From: Ginkgo biloba
Lineage: Eukaryota > Plantae > Ginkgophyta
Length of the DNA stretch: 23,234 bases
Reading direction: 5' to 3'
Assembly: GCA_024626585.2 (NCBI GenBank)
Contig: JANKJI020000002.1
Location: 12,124,082 to 12,147,315 of the forward strand
In this document: in pieces, positions 19,861 through 23,234 of the stretch
How positions within the stretch are numbered: position 1 is the first letter of the stretch
How the letters are laid out: the number at the start of each line of letters is the position of its first letter
Notes under the pieces: generated by a model
The model's input: the letters and a program-made list of their open reading frames with translations, nothing else
The model's database searches: none
Told to the model about the DNA's origin: nothing
Position numbers and translations under genes: made by a program

Positions 19861-22076
19861 ATTATTTTAATAAAGTACCTATCCACATTATAAATTCAAT
19901 TTAGACATTATTTGATGGATCAAAATCATGCAACTCTATAGCGGGGATAAATTGATGCCTCAATGTGTAATGAATGCAAGTGATGGAGATGTAGTAGTAC
20001 TTAATAAGAAGCAAGTTGAGTGATTTTATAATGAGGACAAGTAACTCTAGAGCAAAATGAGGATATAGTTGTAGGAGACAATATTGTAAATGTGCAATAG
20101 CTATTGGTGACAAATAGTGGTGTTGACTCATTTCTTTCCTCCCTTTTTATCTATATTCCCTTAAAGTTTTCAAATGACTATGATGCAATGGCTTTTCAAG
20201 AGAAGCTTTGATCTATTTAATTATTTTGTTTGATCAATGTATGGTATGGTATTTAGGATTCTTCCACTTCAGTATTTAAGCCAACACTAAATCCTTCTTT
20301 TGTTTTCTCTCACTACTGTATCAAGAGGCTTGGCTATGCTAACAAATTGATTTTAGTAGTAACCCATTCCCCTTACTAGATAACTCATTAATAGTTCTCC
20401 CTTCTGTACTCATCTACTAGCATCGAGCCAAACACCATTTAGATTACCATCCTGTAGGTGATGTAAATACTTTATTTTAATTTTATATCAGTATCTTATT
20501 TGTTTAAGGGAATCACCCTTCATAAGTTGGAGGGTCATATGACCCCTTATTGTTATGTTTTATTAGTACCCTTTTCTCTGACTTATAGTAGTCAAGCCTT
20601 ATTCACTTCTAAACTAATCAAGTACCAAGAACAGATGTCAACAATGAATAGTGATCGAGTGCAAAGGGCAATCAGGGGTGTAGCCATGTAGGTCATGATA
20701 GACCCTGAGAGAGGATGGGGGGGTGACCATTCAACCAGGCCAAGGGGGATAAAATCCTAATGATGTCCAAACTAAAATAAATGTATAAGGATAGGCCCGG
20801 GACGATGAAACCATATCTCATAAGCTCAGAAGAAGGTTAGAGAATGGAGATTTATCTGAAANNNNNNNNNNNNNNNNNNNNNNNNNNNNNNNNNNNNNNN
20901 NNNNNNNNNNNNNNNNNNNNNNNNNNNNNNNNNNNNNNNNNNNNNNNNNNNNNNNNNNNNNNNNNNNNNNNNNNNNNNNNNNNNNNNNNNNNNNNNNNNN
21001 NNNNNNNNNNNNNNNNNNNNNNNNNNNNNNNNNNNNNNNNNNNNNNNNNNNNNNNNNNNNNNNNNNNNNNNNNNNNNNNNNNNNNNNNNNNNNNNNNNNN
21101 NNNNNNNNNNNNNNNNNNNNNNNNNNNNNNNNNNNNNNNNNNNNNNNNNNNNNNNNNNNNNNNNNNNNNNNNNNNNNNNNNNNNNNNNNNNNNNNNNNNN
21201 NNNNNNNNNNNNNNNNNNNNNNNNNNNNNNNNNNNNNNNNNNNNNNNNNNNNNNNNNNNNNNNNNNNNNNNNNNNNNNNNNNNNNNNNNNNNNNNNNNNN
21301 NNNNNNNNNNNNNNNNNNNNNNNNNNNNNNNNNNNNNNNNNNNNNNNNNNNNNNNNNNNNNNNNNNNNNNNNNNNNNNNNNNNNNNNNNNNNNNNNNNNN
21401 NNNNNNNNNNNNNNNNNNNNNNNNNNNNNNNNNNNNNNNNNNNNNNNNNNNNNNNNNNNNNNNNNNNNNNNNNNNNNNNNNNNNNNNNNNNNNNNNNNNN
21501 NNNNNNNNNNNNNNNNNNNNNNNNNNNNNNNNNNNNATACCGAATGATGAAGTCACTCCCAATATTTTAAGGTGTGGTAAATTTCCTATCCCTTGCGTAT
21601 TTTTCCAACCCCTTCATGGGTGTTTACTCCTCATGTGAAACTAGCACAACAAACACATTTACTAACATTCAAAGGCTCATAGGTCATCCACTCAACTCAA
21701 CACATGTATACACATGGAGGAGGAATAATAATATTTTCTCTTTCATTTAAAATACAAATCTTACATTATAATTTGCCCCTAGATTTCTCATAGATATACA
21801 TACAATTGACCACCATAAGGGGTTTTCTTACAAAACTATCTGTAAAATACCATCATGATCCCTTATTGGAGTATTTTCTCTTAGAATACAATTCCTCGAT
21901 CCTAGTGCCTTCTTGTATTCTTTCTTTTATTCCACTTTATTCACATCCTCCTTCCCATCATTGGAGGGTATCTCCTTCCACTCTGCGATGAAATTCACAA
22001 TTGTTGAACCAAACATATTTGATTCACTCACTTCTACTACCATCTAAATAACAAAAAAAATTAGATGTGGTAGGGA

Positions 22077-22087
22077 TTCCGATACCA
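22077..22087 (-). other. Possible degenerate tRNA-Met PBS without an adjacent LTR end
   Basis: Minus strand TGGTATCGGAA, followed by a purine-rich decayed frame toward ~21640. No CA-ending LTR directly upstream. Confidence 0.3.
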
Positions 22088-22557
22088 CCAGCTCTATCTT
22101 TGGTCCTTATCTTTTTATTTTGATGGGATCTCAATCTATCCCTACTCTTCTAACCCTAAAATGGCCTCACCCAGAAGATCCTCCAATGTTTCCTTTGCCT
22201 TCTTTGTATGTTAGAGATAATATGATCCCATCACTAACTCTTCTCACTAGGAAAGAGGAATTTTATGCTAAGAGAAAAATCTCTAAGAATTCTAATCCTA
22301 AAGGTTGATATAATATGTTGGGTTTCAACTTAAGTGTAGGAGTGTAGGAAGATTCAGTTTGTAACAATTTTATATATTTTTTATCTCTCGGTTAGAGATA
22401 GGGGTTTCCTTTCCACCTAATATAATATTGTTTAATTTGATATACAAGTCTAATTTAAAAAAATAAAATAAAAAAATCATCAAAAAAGGATAATTAAATT
22501 AGTATTTATCTACAGAATATTGTAGAAAAAATCCACACCTTTATTAATGAGAAAGCA

Positions 22558-23234
22558 TTATTTATTTATTTTTAAAAAAGAGTGGTTCTATTAATAAAAA
22601 AAATTACAATCATATGCAACAAAACTAGGTGCCATATGGTTCACCCAAAAGAGGTCATAGGCACTTATAAACTATGCTAAAAATAAAAAAGCATGCATCA
22701 AAATGCCTTTGAAGCTAGAACAAAAAGCCAAATTTATATAAGAGGGATAGAGTTATTAGGTTCAAGGTCCCCCTAATCATTCCAACCATCTTTTTTATAT
22801 GCATCATCTCTAGAGGGAGGGGTGGACCAACCATAAGGGGATTCCTTCTTCCTAGGAGAGATATCAAGCTCTAGAGTGGGGGAATTTGCCCATCCATCAG
22901 ACTTTCCAACTAGATGAGATTTGGGTGCAGTTGGGCCTTTTCCACCTCGACCTCTCCAAGAAGGTCCACTTCTGCTCACGCTTATAGGTCTACTTCTATC
23001 TTTATTATCTTTTAGAAGTTCCTGACTTATTATGCAAGGGGAAGACCCCTATTGATCAATTAATTCCATTAAGTGAGATAATTCTATTTGAACCTTATTT
23101 GCCTACACTTTGATCTACATAAAGTAATTAATAAGGATATAAGAAAGAGAGTAATTAATGATTAAGATGTGAGGAGGCATTCCAATGACTTTAAAAACTA
23201 GTTCATTTCTTGATTTCCACATCCAAGCTAAAAC
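22558..23234 (-). mobile_element. 3' end of an L1-type LINE (ORF2 C-terminus, 3' UTR, A-rich tail)
   Basis: LAWMWKSRNELVFK at the window end matches the plant L1 ORF2 WxIWKxRNxxVF motif. The frame runs on into the RG-rich track ORF 22773..22979. The 3' UTR ends TTGTAA...TATTAATAGAA...TTTTAAAAATAAATAAATAAT (22573-22558). Confidence 0.65.

Noticed and set aside
21555-21600. Minus-strand QGIGNLPHLKILGV as an LRR/NLR gene fragment
   Set aside because: A single short match with no repeat periodicity, in what appears to be decayed retroelement sequence.
20844-21638. Long track ORFs (264 aa and 236 aa) and other X-filled ORFs
   Set aside because: They are open only because they run through N gaps; there is no coding evidence.

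Overview
This is AT-rich, CpG-depleted eukaryotic DNA from a fragmented draft scaffold. It has about 30 N gaps, many exactly 100 N and so of unknown true size. It reads as a graveyard of old, nested transposable elements in a large-genome land plant; the retroelement types suggest a gymnosperm, but that is inference. No intact host gene, RNA gene or CRISPR array can be supported. Recognisable pieces are: (i) a decayed minus-strand CRM-like chromovirus with RNase H, integrase, GPY/F, chromodomain, PPT and TGATG LTR start (9025-11816), plus a PBS/gag/LTR end (14937-16139); (ii) non-chromovirus Ty3/gypsy protease and integrase remnants (7260-8688 minus, 19713-19860 plus); (iii) two complete short LTRs with terminal inverted repeats and tRNA-Met PBSs (14030-14419, 16645-17009); (iv) an L1 LINE 3' end (22558-23234 minus); (v) a possible CACTA terminus at 5248. 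The most interesting signal is a family of decayed ORFs I cannot name. They share a ~60-95 aa domain (LMNxHPxYLxTPxF...WKKGE...F.xD...NxTxW...KxVxxP...QxII) seen three times on both strands (4945-5230, 12674-12960, 13768-13950). One copy heads a ~630-codon relic ORF whose C-terminal part occurs twice and is followed by an array of alternating TTACCTTCA/TGAAGGTAA inverted motifs. All translations were done by eye across stops and frameshifts, and linkage across N gaps is uncertain.
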